In this document: positions 37,558 to 47,546 of the stretch, one piece after another
Layout of the letters: each line of letters begins with the position of its first letter
How positions within the stretch are numbered: position 1 is the first letter of the stretch
Assembly (NCBI GenBank): GCA_045606185.1
Contig: JAZURN010000047.1
Span: forward strand, 15,645-79,644
DNA: 64,000 bases
Reading direction: 5' to 3'
DNA from: Ructibacterium sp.
GTDB lineage: Bacteria > Bacillota > Clostridia > Monoglobales > Monoglobaceae
Notes under the pieces: generated by a model
Told to the model about the DNA's origin: nothing
Seen by the model: the letters and a program-made list of their open reading frames with translations, nothing else
Database searches by the model: none
Made by a program: the position numbers and the translations under genes

Positions 37558-38724
37558 TTACTTGTTACGATTGCGGAGAAAAACCGGAACATCGATTCCG
37601 TCGTCTTCCCCAAACTTCTGAAAAGGATTGGTAGAGGGGGTAGTTGCCGAACGGGATTCGGTTCCCGGTGCCGTAGCCGGTGCTGCCGTTGCAGTCCGGT
37701 TGATATTACCACCGTTTCCGAAACGACTCAAGAAACTATCAAAAGGGTTTTCTTCTGCATTCTTCGGTTCGTTTCCCTGAAAGCCGGTGGCAATCACAGT
37801 AATCTGAATTTCATCCCCCATCTCCTCGTCAATGATAGCACCGATGATGATGTTGGCATCCTTATCTGCAGCCTCTTCCACAAGTTCTGCCGCAGTTTTT
37901 ACTTCCAAAATACCCAAATCGCTACCACCGGTTACGTTCAAAATAACGCCTTTAGCACCCTCAATGGTAGTTTCCAAGAGAGGACTATGTATTGCCTTCT
38001 TGGCAGCCTCTTCTGCACGGGTTTCGCCGCTGGCACGACCAATACCCATATGAGCAAACCCTGCGTCTTTCATAATGGTCTTTACATCGGCAAAGTCCAA
38101 ACTAATCAAACCGGGTCTGGAAATCAAATCGGAAATACCCTGCACACCTTGGCGGAGAATATCGTCCGCCATCCGGAAAGACTCCATCAAGGGGGTACGA
38201 TTTTCTGCAACCTCCAAAAGCTTATCGTTGGGGATAACAACCAAGGTATCCACCGCATTCATCAGGTTCTTGACACCCTCGTCGCTGTTAACCTGGCGGG
38301 TTTTCCCTTCAAACCAGAACGGCTTGGTTACGATACCAACGGTAAGCACACCCATTTCCTTGGCTACCTCGGCAACGATAGGAGCTGCACCGGTTCCGGT
38401 ACCACCGCCCATGCCGGCAGTGACAAAGACCATATCTGCGCCCTTGATCGCCTGAGCAATCTCGTCCCGGCTCTCTTCTGCCGCTTTTCTGCCAACCTCG
38501 GGGTCAGCGCCTGCGCCAAGACCCTTGGTAATCTTCTCGCCAATCTGTATCTTCTGGGAAGCAGTAGACAGAGTCAAATCCTGCTTGTCTGTATTGACAG
38601 CCACAAACTCTACGCTCTTAACCTGCGCCTCGATCATTCTGTTTACGGCATTATTACCGCCGCCACCGACACCAATTACCTTAATCTGTGCGGGGTTTAC
38701 GTTTTCTGTATCAAACTGAAACAC
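37558..38724 (-). CDS. ftsZ: Cell division GTPase FtsZ
   Basis: [27 protein letters not shown]-terminal DVPVFLR. Confidence 0.98.
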   Translation of the reverse strand: MFQFDTENVNPAQIKVIGVGGGGNNAVNRMIEAQVKSVEFVAVNTDKQDLTLSTASQKIQIGEKITKGLGAGADPEVGRKAAEESRDEIAQAIKGADMVFVTAGMGGGTGTGAAPIVAEVAKEMGVLTVGIVTKPFWFEGKTRQVNSDEGVKNLMNAVDTLVVIPNDKLLEVAENRTPLMESFRMADDILRQGVQGISDLISRPGLISLDFADVKTIMKDAGFAHMGIGRASGETRAEEAAKKAIHSPLLETTIEGAKGVILNVTGGSDLGILEVKTAAELVEEAADKDANIIIGAIIDEEMGDEIQITVIATGFQGNEPKNAEENPFDSFLSRFGNGGNINRTATAAPATAPGTESRSATTPSTNPFQKFGEDDGIDVPVFLRNRNK

Positions 38725-38871
38725 AATATTTCCTCCTTACAATTCCCTTTTCTCTTATCCGTTTCCGCAATACTTCTATTATATCATATATCATTATATC
38801 ACATATTTTAATTTTGTAAAGTTATTTTTCGTTTTTTTTAAAAGATTGTTACATGTTTGTTACAACCTAAT

Positions 38872-39858
38872 TTATTCTTCCTCCGTCTCCTCGCTTGGTT
38901 CTGGGGTCTCTGAAGGTTTGGGAATCATCCGTTCCTTTCCGTCCTCCGGCGGGCGAACATAAATATCATTGGTTCGATAGTCCATAATGACCTGCTCGGT
39001 GGCAGAAATTTTTTCCTCAATTACCGTTGCCAAAAACCGACTCCGGTATTCCATATTAGAAAGCTCCCCTAGCTGAATCTCCAATCGGTTTTCGACAACC
39101 AGGGTTACATCCGTTAAATCGATTACATCCAGATAGGTTGCCCGAACCAGAAGTCCCGCTTCCTCCAATGCCCCAAAGGCTTCCAGTACCCGAGAGAGCT
39201 TCTCCCGCTCCTTGCTTTCTGCCATTTTGCCCACTTCCGGCTTGGACAAGGACAATCCCACCGTAAAGGGAACCGGATACGGTCGTTCCGGCTCAACTAT
39301 CTCGGTGGGTTCCGGTGTTGGGGTAGGTGCAGGTGTTTCGGTTGGCTCGGGATTTTTAGCAGAGGTTGACTCCTCTTTCTCTTTCTCTTCTTCCTTCTTC
39401 TTTGGCTCTACCTCTACCGGAGTGTAGAACTCCTTCCATTGAGCCACCCGCTCATCCTCGATGATTTCCAGAACCTTACCTTCTACGTCCACAACAACGC
39501 ATTTTCCTTCTCCATCATAGAGATAGGCTGCGGGAACACGTTCCCGAACCCAGATTTTAATTCGATTGGGGAAAATTCGTCGGGTCTTGACCTCTTCGAC
39601 CATGGGAATTTCCGCAACTCGCTCCCGGATTTTAGAAAGACGAATGGTCAGGATATTCCGCCCCAACGGAACCTCTGCTGCCCCGATTATTTCTTCCTGC
39701 GTAATCCGTTCATTGCCGACACAATAAACCTCCTCCACATGAAAAACAGGAGTAAACAAAACTCCAATGCTGACACCGACGAGGACAATCATAACAAACA
39801 AGATAGCAGCTCTCCTCTTAACCGGCATCCGTTGTTTTCTTTTTCTCCTTTTCTCCAT
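38872..39858 (-). CDS. divIB: Cell division protein FtsQ/DivIB
   Basis: TM helix, POTRA domain (F.VEEVYCVGN...RIFPNRIKIWVRERVP), Pro/Glu-rich insertion; dcw position. Confidence 0.85.
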   Translation of the reverse strand: MEKRRKRKQRMPVKRRAAILFVMIVLVGVSIGVLFTPVFHVEEVYCVGNERITQEEIIGAAEVPLGRNILTIRLSKIRERVAEIPMVEEVKTRRIFPNRIKIWVRERVPAAYLYDGEGKCVVVDVEGKVLEIIEDERVAQWKEFYTPVEVEPKKKEEEKEKEESTSAKNPEPTETPAPTPTPEPTEIVEPERPYPVPFTVGLSLSKPEVGKMAESKEREKLSRVLEAFGALEEAGLLVRATYLDVIDLTDVTLVVENRLEIQLGELSNMEYRSRFLATVIEEKISATEQVIMDYRTNDIYVRPPEDGKERMIPKPSETPEPSEETEEE

Positions 39859-39915
39859 GGTTTTCACTCCTTGCTTTCAGCTTGTCCCACAGGGCGGGGA
39901 AACCCCGCACCCAGT

Positions 39916-41181
39916 TTATTTTTCAATCAGTACCACATCTCCACCCAGTTTTTGAAACGAATCTGCAATGGAAACATAGCCACGTTCGATATGTTCAATT
40001 CCCTCTATTTGGGTTTTTCCTTCTGCCCCCAGCGCCGCAATGATTAGCCCCGCTCCACCACGCAAATCCGAGGCACAAACATCGGCACCGTGAAGTCGGT
40101 TCACTCCATGAACAATGGCGCTGATTCCCTCCACCTGCACGTCGCCTCCCAAACGGAGAAATTCTCCCGCATGGCGAAACCGATTCTCAAATATGGTTTC
40201 GTTAAACACCGTACTTCCCCGACTCTTTAACAGCGCTGCCATCAAAAGAGGCTGCATATCTGTGGGAAAGCCGGGATAAGGCAGCGTTTTGACCAAAGGA
40301 ATGGCATTGGGTCTTCCCCTTGATTTCAGCCAAAGTCGTTCTTCCTCTTCCCGCAATTGGATTCCCATATCCTGAAGCATTGCCAAAAACAACCTCATAT
40401 GCTCCGTTTCAACGCAATCTAGCAAAACCTCTCCGCCGCACGCCGCCAGGCCGCAAGCGTAGGTTGCTGCCACAATCCGGTCGGAAATGACACTGTAACT
40501 GCAGCCGTGAAGCTTTCTAACCCCGCGAATCCTTATACAATCACTGCCCGCACCGATCACATCTGCACCCATGCAGTTTAAAAAGTTCTGCAAATCCACA
40601 ATTTCCGGTTCCCGGGCAGGATTAACCAAAACCGTTTCTCCGGGCAAAAGTGTGCAAAGCATCATAACATTTTCTGTTGCCCCTACACTTGGGAACATCA
40701 AGGTTATCGTCTGAGGAAGATATCGCTCCATTCGGCAATGAATGTAACCACCGTCTTCGTGCAGGCTTCCCCCCAATCGGGAGATTGCCCGCAGATGAAT
40801 GTCAATCGGTCTTGCACCCAACTCACAGCCTCCCGGATACCCAATCCGGGCTGTTCGGTTCCGCCCCAATATGGCACCCAAAAACATAACCGACGAACGC
40901 ATCCGCCGCATTAGCACATCAGGTATTACCGTTCCACGGGCACTGCTAGGATTTATAACCGCTGTTCGTCCATCATAGGTGGTCTGGCAGCCTAAGGCTT
41001 CCAGAATCTCCAGGGCTACCCGAACATCGGTCAAATCGGGGCAGTTTTTTATCTCGCAGGGTTCTTCCGTGAGCAAGGTGGCAGCCAAAATGGGCAGCAC
41101 CGAATTTTTAGAACCCTGTACGGTAACTTCTCCTCGTAGCGGTCTTCCGCCACTTACACGAATCCTTCGCAAGGTCTGCAC
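39916..41181 (-). CDS. murA: UDP-N-acetylglucosamine 1-carboxyvinyltransferase
   Basis: GSKNSVLP, PGGCELGARPIDIH, SVGATEN, PYPGFPTDMQ, DLRGG. Confidence 0.95.
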   Translation of the reverse strand: MQTLRRIRVSGGRPLRGEVTVQGSKNSVLPILAATLLTEEPCEIKNCPDLTDVRVALEILEALGCQTTYDGRTAVINPSSARGTVIPDVLMRRMRSSVMFLGAILGRNRTARIGYPGGCELGARPIDIHLRAISRLGGSLHEDGGYIHCRMERYLPQTITLMFPSVGATENVMMLCTLLPGETVLVNPAREPEIVDLQNFLNCMGADVIGAGSDCIRIRGVRKLHGCSYSVISDRIVAATYACGLAACGGEVLLDCVETEHMRLFLAMLQDMGIQLREEEERLWLKSRGRPNAIPLVKTLPYPGFPTDMQPLLMAALLKSRGSTVFNETIFENRFRHAGEFLRLGGDVQVEGISAIVHGVNRLHGADVCASDLRGGAGLIIAALGAEGKTQIEGIEHIERGYVSIADSFQKLGGDVVLIEK

Positions 41182-41199
41182 CTCCCAACTCTACATTCT

Positions 41200-41227
41200 A
41201 TAGTATGCTGTTGGGAAGAACCTGTGC
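41200..41227 (-). promoter_or_regulatory. Putative mother-cell (sigmaE or sigmaK-type) promoter for murA-divIB
   Basis: GCAC-N16-CATACTATA on the minus strand in the murG-murA gap. Confidence 0.45.
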
Positions 41228-41233
41228 CAGTCC

Positions 41234-42346
41234 TTACTTTTCTATCATTTGTTTGATTTCCCGGTACAAAACCTCTAACGCATCAATGTGTCCCAATTGT
41301 CCGGCATTTTTCCCCATGGTTTTCAAAGCATCCTTGTCCCGTGTCAGACGTTCTACCGCCTCGCCAAGGGCATCGGGGGTAAAATCCTTTTCCAGAATAA
41401 CCTCGGCTCCACCGCCCCGCTCAATGGCTCTGGCGTTATGCTCCTGATGGTTCCCTGTTACATAGGGGGAGGGGACCAGAACAGCGGCTTTCCCTAACGC
41501 CGTCAGCTCGCACAGGGTACTGGCACCGGCACGGCTAATGACCAAATCTGCCGCAGCCATGGCAACATTCATATCGTAAATATATTCACACACCTTAATA
41601 TGCGGAAACTTTGTCAGGTCAATACCATTTTCTAAAAAGCGTTCCATCACATTATCAAATTGACGGAGCTTTCCTGTCCCCATAAGGACTTGATACCTTT
41701 TTTCTAGCGCCGATTGACAAATCCAGTCCGCAACCGTCCGGTTAAAGTCCCGTGCGCCTAAGCTTCCACCAAAAATAACCAAAAAAGGTCTTTGGTCAAG
41801 CCCCAACTGCCGCCGTGCAGCAAAGGGTTCGGTTTCCAAGAGGGATGCCCGAAGGGGCGTTCCGGTTACGACCATTTTTCTAGCCTTAGGAAGATACTGC
41901 CTTGCATCTTCCACTCCCAAGGCTACCACATCCACCTGTCCTGCCAAAATCTTGGTGGTAATTCCCGGAAAAGCATTGGATTCATGAATCAGCGTAGGAA
42001 TCTTCATCTGTGCCGCCGCATACAAAACAGGACCTGCCACATAGCCGCCTGTCCCGATGACCGCATCAGGCTGAAACCTTTTGATGATTTTTTTCGCCTC
42101 ATAAATCGCCCCGGGAATCTCCGCAAGATTTCGCAAATTCTCCAATGTCAGGCTCCGAGCAAACCCATGAACCTTAATAAACTCAATGGGATACCCATAT
42201 CTGGGAATCAAACCCGTTTCCAACCCTTCCTTGGTTCCGACAAATAAGACCTCACAGTTTGCCTCTTTTTCCCGAAAGTAGTTGGCAATGGCGATGGCAG
42301 GATTGATGTGTCCTGCGGTGCCGCCTCCTGCAAATAATAATCGCAT
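41234..42346 (-). CDS. murG: MurG glycosyltransferase
   Basis: GGGTAGHINP, GTGGYV, HESNA, GGSLGA, SRAGAS, HQEHNA. Confidence 0.96.
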   Translation of the reverse strand: MRLLFAGGGTAGHINPAIAIANYFREKEANCEVLFVGTKEGLETGLIPRYGYPIEFIKVHGFARSLTLENLRNLAEIPGAIYEAKKIIKRFQPDAVIGTGGYVAGPVLYAAAQMKIPTLIHESNAFPGITTKILAGQVDVVALGVEDARQYLPKARKMVVTGTPLRASLLETEPFAARRQLGLDQRPFLVIFGGSLGARDFNRTVADWICQSALEKRYQVLMGTGKLRQFDNVMERFLENGIDLTKFPHIKVCEYIYDMNVAMAAADLVISRAGASTLCELTALGKAAVLVPSPYVTGNHQEHNARAIERGGGAEVILEKDFTPDALGEAVERLTRDKDALKTMGKNAGQLGHIDALEVLYREIKQMIEK

Positions 42347-42370
42347 ACGATTTTCCTGCCTTTCTCCTTA

Positions 42371-43579
42371 TTACAAAAGAGTTCTGGTCTGCCTGGAAAC
42401 GCTTAAGACAAGCCCCATTTCCGCCATGGTAAGGGTAAGCGCCGACCCTCCATAGCTAAAGAAGGGCAATGGCATACCGGTTGCCGGCAGGGTAGCCGTT
42501 ACAACGCCCATGTTGATGATTGCCTGAAATCCCACAATGCCCACAATGCCCGTAACCAACAAGGTTCCGAACAAGTCAGGTGCCTTTGCCGCAATCTTGA
42601 TTCCCCGATAAATCAAAAAGACAAAAAGAAGAATCAATACAATGGCGCCCAAAAGGCCCAACTCTTCGGCAAGAACCGAATAGATAAAATCGTTTTGAGG
42701 TTCCGGCAAAGACTGATACTTCTGCCGACTTTGCCCCAGTCCTAATCCAAAGATTCCGCCCGAGCCAATTGCGTACAGAGATTGGACAACCTGCCATCCA
42801 TCTCCTTGTTTGTCTGCAAACGGATCCATAAACGAAACAAATCTGGCGATGCGGTATTGATCGCTGACAGCATAAACTGCCAGAGCAAAGACCGCTGGAA
42901 TTCCAACAATAAAAAAGTGCTTTATTTTTGCTCCCGCTACAAACAGAAGCAACACCCCGGTAACACCAATCAGCAAAATACAGGAAAAATGAGGTTCCAA
43001 AGCCAGAAGAACTACAATGACACCCAGCACAGCGATATACGGACAAAATCCCCGCAGAAAATCGGGGAGTAACTTTTGATTTTTTGACAAGCTAAAGGAG
43101 AAAAACAGAATGATTGCAAATTTTGCGGTCTCGGAGGGCTGAAACCCAAAAAGCCAACGGGTCGCACCATTTCTGGTGGTGCCCACGCCGGGGATAATAA
43201 CCAAAAGAAGTAAAAACGTACTTCCCAAAAGAATAATCCCCGCCCATTTTCCCCAATCATGGTAGTCAAGCTTGGAGGTTGCATACATGGCAATCCCGCC
43301 TAGAATCGCATAAAAGAATTGGTTCTTAAAATACCAAAGGCTATCGCCAAAATTGGAAAAGGCACGGGCGCTACCCGCACTGAAAAGCATAACCAATCCG
43401 TATGCCAACAAAAGAATGACTGCCAGCAAAAAGGGATAATCCACTTCTCCATCGGTAATGCCAAAGCCCAAAAATTTCTTTCTTTCGGCTTTTTTTCCGC
43501 TTTTCTTTCCCGTATTTTCTGCAGCCAAGACCCGAAACGGCCTTTGCCGATTGTTGTCACGGTTTCCCTGATAAGCCAC
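42371..43579 (-). CDS. ftsW: SEDS protein FtsW/SpoVE
   Basis: NGATRW, FQPSE, GWQVVQSLYAIGSGG, LPEPQNDFI, PATGMPLPFFSYGGS. Confidence 0.92.
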   Translation of the reverse strand: MAYQGNRDNNRQRPFRVLAAENTGKKSGKKAERKKFLGFGITDGEVDYPFLLAVILLLAYGLVMLFSAGSARAFSNFGDSLWYFKNQFFYAILGGIAMYATSKLDYHDWGKWAGIILLGSTFLLLLVIIPGVGTTRNGATRWLFGFQPSETAKFAIILFFSFSLSKNQKLLPDFLRGFCPYIAVLGVIVVLLALEPHFSCILLIGVTGVLLLFVAGAKIKHFFIVGIPAVFALAVYAVSDQYRIARFVSFMDPFADKQGDGWQVVQSLYAIGSGGIFGLGLGQSRQKYQSLPEPQNDFIYSVLAEELGLLGAIVLILLFVFLIYRGIKIAAKAPDLFGTLLVTGIVGIVGFQAIINMGVVTATLPATGMPLPFFSYGGSALTLTMAEMGLVLSVSRQTRTLL

Positions 43580-43603
43580 GCCGACTCCTCCTTTTTCTCT
43601 ATG

Positions 43604-44590
43604 TCATCCCAAGAAATAAACCAATGCACAAAGCACTGCTGTAACAAACGAAAAGACCAGAACAATTTTTGTTTCACTCCATCCGCACATCTCGAAGTGA
43701 TGGTGGATGGGGCTCATCTTAAAAATTCGCTTTCCGGTCAGTTTGAAGGATGCCACCTGCAAAATAACCGATAAAGACTCCATTACATAAACAAAACCTA
43801 CTATCAAAAGAACAAGGGGCTGTTCCAGCAAAAGTGCCATAGCACAGACTGCACCACCCAACGCCAAAGACCCGGTATCCCCCATAAAGACCTTGGCAGG
43901 ATGCCAGTTATAAATCAAAAATCCAAGCAGACCACCCAGCAACACCGCAGCAAACAAAGCAACGGCAGTGTCAGAAACGCTGCCTACTGTAGAAAACAAC
44001 AGGAAAAACAGTGCAACAAGCATCGTCACACAGGTCGCAAGACCATCCAAGCCGTCGGTCAGGTTGACACTGTTGACAGTAGCGACAATGACCAAAACGG
44101 CAAAGGGAATGAATACCCAACCAAAGTCCCAAAGCAAATCTGTAAAGGGAATCCTAACCGCCGTTTGAATACTGTTGCTAAAAACAGCCCAAGCCACAAA
44201 TGCAACGGCAACCAGAAGCTGAAGACCAAATTTCTGGGAGGAGGTCAAGCCAAGATTTCTCTTCATAATAACCTTGATGTAATCGTCAACGAAACCAATG
44301 GCGCCATAGGCAAGGGTCATGCCCAGCAGAATGCTGATTTTTCCAAAATCGGGGAAGTTCATATCCAGAACCAACGACAAAACCCCTGTTAGCAAAAGAG
44401 CGACCAGAATTCCAATGATAAAAATAAACCCGCCCATGGTGGGAGTCCCGGACTTCTTCTCATGCCACTTGGGACCCTCTTCTCGAATCTCCTGCCCGAA
44501 CTTTAGCCGATGCAAAAGAGGAATCAAAAGTTTTCCGCAAAGAGCAGCTACAAAAAACGCAAGCAATCCGCCAATCCATAATATCTCCAT
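43604..44590 (-). CDS. mraY: Phospho-N-acetylmuramoyl-pentapeptide transferase
   Basis: KSGTPTMGG, VNLTDGLDGL, VFMGDTGS, PIHHHFE. Confidence 0.97.
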   Translation of the reverse strand: MEILWIGGLLAFFVAALCGKLLIPLLHRLKFGQEIREEGPKWHEKKSGTPTMGGFIFIIGILVALLLTGVLSLVLDMNFPDFGKISILLGMTLAYGAIGFVDDYIKVIMKRNLGLTSSQKFGLQLLVAVAFVAWAVFSNSIQTAVRIPFTDLLWDFGWVFIPFAVLVIVATVNSVNLTDGLDGLATCVTMLVALFFLLFSTVGSVSDTAVALFAAVLLGGLLGFLIYNWHPAKVFMGDTGSLALGGAVCAMALLLEQPLVLLIVGFVYVMESLSVILQVASFKLTGKRIFKMSPIHHHFEMCGWSETKIVLVFSFVTAVLCALVYFLG

Positions 44591-44607
44591 ATGTACAACC
44601 TACCTTC

Positions 44608-45987
44608 CTATTCCTCAGTCAACTTTACCATGGCATCGACAACCTCTTCCAGGCGCATCCCCCGAGAGCCTTTGACCAGAACCAGGTCATCCTTTTGCAA
44701 AATTCTGGAGAGTTCTCTGCAAAGTTCTTGGTTGTTTTCAAACTCATAAATATTGGAAGAATCCAATCCTGCCAACCTTGCACCTTGGGCAATTTTGTGT
44801 GCCCCTTTTCCTACTGTAATCAATACGTCCACGCCATCTTCCTTTACCTGACGGCCTACCTCTTCATGGGCGGAATCGGAAATCGCCCCAAGCTCCAGCA
44901 TATCCCCCAGACATGCCACACGACGGCCTTTGGTTTCGGTTAGCTTGAGAACCGAAAGACCGGAACGCATGGAATCGGGGCTTGCATTGTAACAATCCCG
45001 AATCACTTGAAGATTGGGAAGCGTTAGCAAGGTCTGCCGCAAACCGCTTGGCACAAAGGCACGGATGCCCTTGCGAATGTTCTCAATCGAAACACGGTGG
45101 CGAAGCCCCACCAAAATTGCCGCCAAAGCATTGTATACATGATGAATGCCGGGAACCCGAATCAAAAACTCATATTCCGTTCCCTCAATCTTACACGTAA
45201 AGGTACTGCTGTCCGAATAAGTGCAAATGTTTTTGGCAACCAAATCACAATTTGGATTCTCAATGCCGTAATAAAGGGTTTCGCAATCCAGTTCCCCTCT
45301 TGCACCCCACAAAAGTTCGTCATCCCCGTTTAAAACTACGGTGCCGTCCATCTGGAGTCCCTCTAGGATTTCCAGCTTTGCTTTCAGGATTCCTTCCCGA
45401 CTCCCTAAATTTTCAATATGAGAAACACCGATATTGGTAATGACGGCAAGTTCCGGCTTGGCTATCCTTGTCAACCGGGAAATCTCCCCAAAATGACTCA
45501 TTCCCATTTCCAGAACCATCATTTCATGTTTTTTGTCTAACTGAAACACCGTCAAGGGAAGTCCAATTTCGTTGTTGAAATTACCCTTGGTAATATGGGT
45601 TTCATACTCCTGCATCAGCACCGAGGCAATCATTTCCTTGGTGGAGGTTTTCCCCACACTGCCGGTAATTCCAATAACCGGAATAGAGAACCGCTCCCGA
45701 TAGGCTGCTGCCAGATGTCCCAAGGCAATTTGCGTATCCTTAACGATGATGGCAGGAATTTCTGCCGGAATTTCGCCGTCCTCTGCCACCACACAGCAAA
45801 TTGCTCCGGCATCCATTGCGTTTTGAACAAACTTATGCCCATCAAACTGTTCTCCCCGCAGGGCAAAGAACAAAGCACCCGCCCCGATGGTTCTAGTATC
45901 GGTAGAAACCGAAGTAATTCGTATTTCCCCGTCGCAATGGCGATAGCTTCCTGACATGGCTTCCGCAGCCTGACGAATTGTTATCAT
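44608..45987 (-). CDS. murF: MurF ligase
   Basis: TGSVGKTSTKE, NFNNEIGLP, LEMGM, DCYNASP, GDMLELG, VKGSRG. Confidence 0.95.
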   Translation of the reverse strand: MITIRQAAEAMSGSYRHCDGEIRITSVSTDTRTIGAGALFFALRGEQFDGHKFVQNAMDAGAICCVVAEDGEIPAEIPAIIVKDTQIALGHLAAAYRERFSIPVIGITGSVGKTSTKEMIASVLMQEYETHITKGNFNNEIGLPLTVFQLDKKHEMMVLEMGMSHFGEISRLTRIAKPELAVITNIGVSHIENLGSREGILKAKLEILEGLQMDGTVVLNGDDELLWGARGELDCETLYYGIENPNCDLVAKNICTYSDSSTFTCKIEGTEYEFLIRVPGIHHVYNALAAILVGLRHRVSIENIRKGIRAFVPSGLRQTLLTLPNLQVIRDCYNASPDSMRSGLSVLKLTETKGRRVACLGDMLELGAISDSAHEEVGRQVKEDGVDVLITVGKGAHKIAQGARLAGLDSSNIYEFENNQELCRELSRILQKDDLVLVKGSRGMRLEEVVDAMVKLTEE

Positions 45988-46022
45988 TGCTTCCACTGAA
46001 AAATCCCTTCTCTCTTCCTCCG

Positions 46023-47480
46023 CTACTTGCCTGTAGGAGCATCCAAAAGCTTTCGCACGATTTCTCGCTCATCAAAGGTAATGGTTCGGTCTGCCAAAAT
46101 TTGATAAGTTTCATGACCCTTACCTGCCAAAAGAATAATATCATCTTTTTGAGCAAAATCCAAAGCAAACTCAATGGCCTCAAACCGATTGGGAATCACG
46201 GTGTATTCGCCGCCCCCCTCTTTTACACCGACCAACACATCCTCAATAATCGCATCGGGGTTTTCGGTTCTGGGGTTGTCACTGGTCACAATGGAATAAT
46301 CCGATAATTCCGAGGCAATTTTCCCCATCTTGGGACGTTTGCTTTTATCTCTGTCGCCACCGCAGCCAAAGAGGGTAATCACTCTGCCCTTGGCAAAACC
46401 GCGGATGGTTTGAATCACATTTTCCAAGCCGTCCGGCGTATGGGCATAATCAATGATTACACTGAAATCCTTGCCGGTTTCCACCAGCTCAACTCTCCCC
46501 TTGACCCCTCTTGCTTTTTTGAGATAACGAACCGCCGTTTCCATAGGAATTTCTACCGCTGCAAGACAACTCAATGCCGTCATAGCATTATAAACCGAAA
46601 ATTTCCCCGGAATCCCCAGTTCTACCTGATGAGTCTTTCCCTGATAGTGCAGTTGGAAAAAGACCCCGTTTTCGTTTAATTCAATATCAGATACACGGAT
46701 GTCACACTCCGCACCCTCTCCATAGGTCAGCATACTTTCACAAGTGGATAATTCCTGAAGCCGCTCTGCTGCACCATCATCTGCATTGATGACGCCCCGT
46801 TTCGAAATTCTAAAAAGAATTCCTTTGGCTTCTAGGTATTCCTCCATGGTCTTGTGAAAATCCAAATGGTCTTGGGTAATATTGGTAAAGGCGCCCACAT
46901 CAAAGGTGCAAGCAGTTACCCGGTCCAGCACCAAAGAATGAGAGGAAACCTCCATGACCACATAGTCCACCTCTGCCGCTGCCATTTTAGAAAAAAGACG
47001 CATTAGCTCCAGAGAGTCTGGGGTGGTTTGCTTACTGGGAATGATTTCGTTGCCAATCATGTTCTGGTTGGTTCCAATCAATCCTACCTTTTTTCCCATG
47101 GCCTCCAAGACAGACTTCATGAGATAGGTAACCGTGGTTTTCCCATTGGTTCCGGTAATGCCAATCAAGCAAAACTTTTGTTCCGGATGTCCATAATAGT
47201 TTGCAGCCAGCTGTGCCAACGCCGCCCTGGAGTTTTCCACCAGAATGCAGGTAACACCCAGTTCCCGCAAATCCTTTTCGGCAACAATCACTGCGGCACC
47301 CTTTTCAATCGCCATGGGTGCAAACTCGTGACCATCGCTCTCAAAACCGCTGATACATACAAAGAGATTCCCCGGCTGTACCGCTCTGGAATCAAAGGAG
47401 ATTCCAGTAACTGACAGTTGCGGATTCCCAATGATTTCCTTGACCTCAATTCCTTCTAATAAAGCAGAAAGATTCATCAT
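46023..47480 (-). CDS. murE: MurE ligase (meso-DAP type)
   Basis: TGTNGKTT, MEVSSH, DHLDFH, DYAHTPD, GCGGDRD, DNPR, AGKGHE. Confidence 0.96.
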   Translation of the reverse strand: MMNLSALLEGIEVKEIIGNPQLSVTGISFDSRAVQPGNLFVCISGFESDGHEFAPMAIEKGAAVIVAEKDLRELGVTCILVENSRAALAQLAANYYGHPEQKFCLIGITGTNGKTTVTYLMKSVLEAMGKKVGLIGTNQNMIGNEIIPSKQTTPDSLELMRLFSKMAAAEVDYVVMEVSSHSLVLDRVTACTFDVGAFTNITQDHLDFHKTMEEYLEAKGILFRISKRGVINADDGAAERLQELSTCESMLTYGEGAECDIRVSDIELNENGVFFQLHYQGKTHQVELGIPGKFSVYNAMTALSCLAAVEIPMETAVRYLKKARGVKGRVELVETGKDFSVIIDYAHTPDGLENVIQTIRGFAKGRVITLFGCGGDRDKSKRPKMGKIASELSDYSIVTSDNPRTENPDAIIEDVLVGVKEGGGEYTVIPNRFEAIEFALDFAQKDDIILLAGKGHETYQILADRTITFDEREIVRKLLDAPTGK

Positions 47481-47546
47481 AATCCTCCTCAGACGCAATT
47501 CCAATCAATGCGTCGTGAATTTTCAAATTCTCTTGTGCAGCAGGGT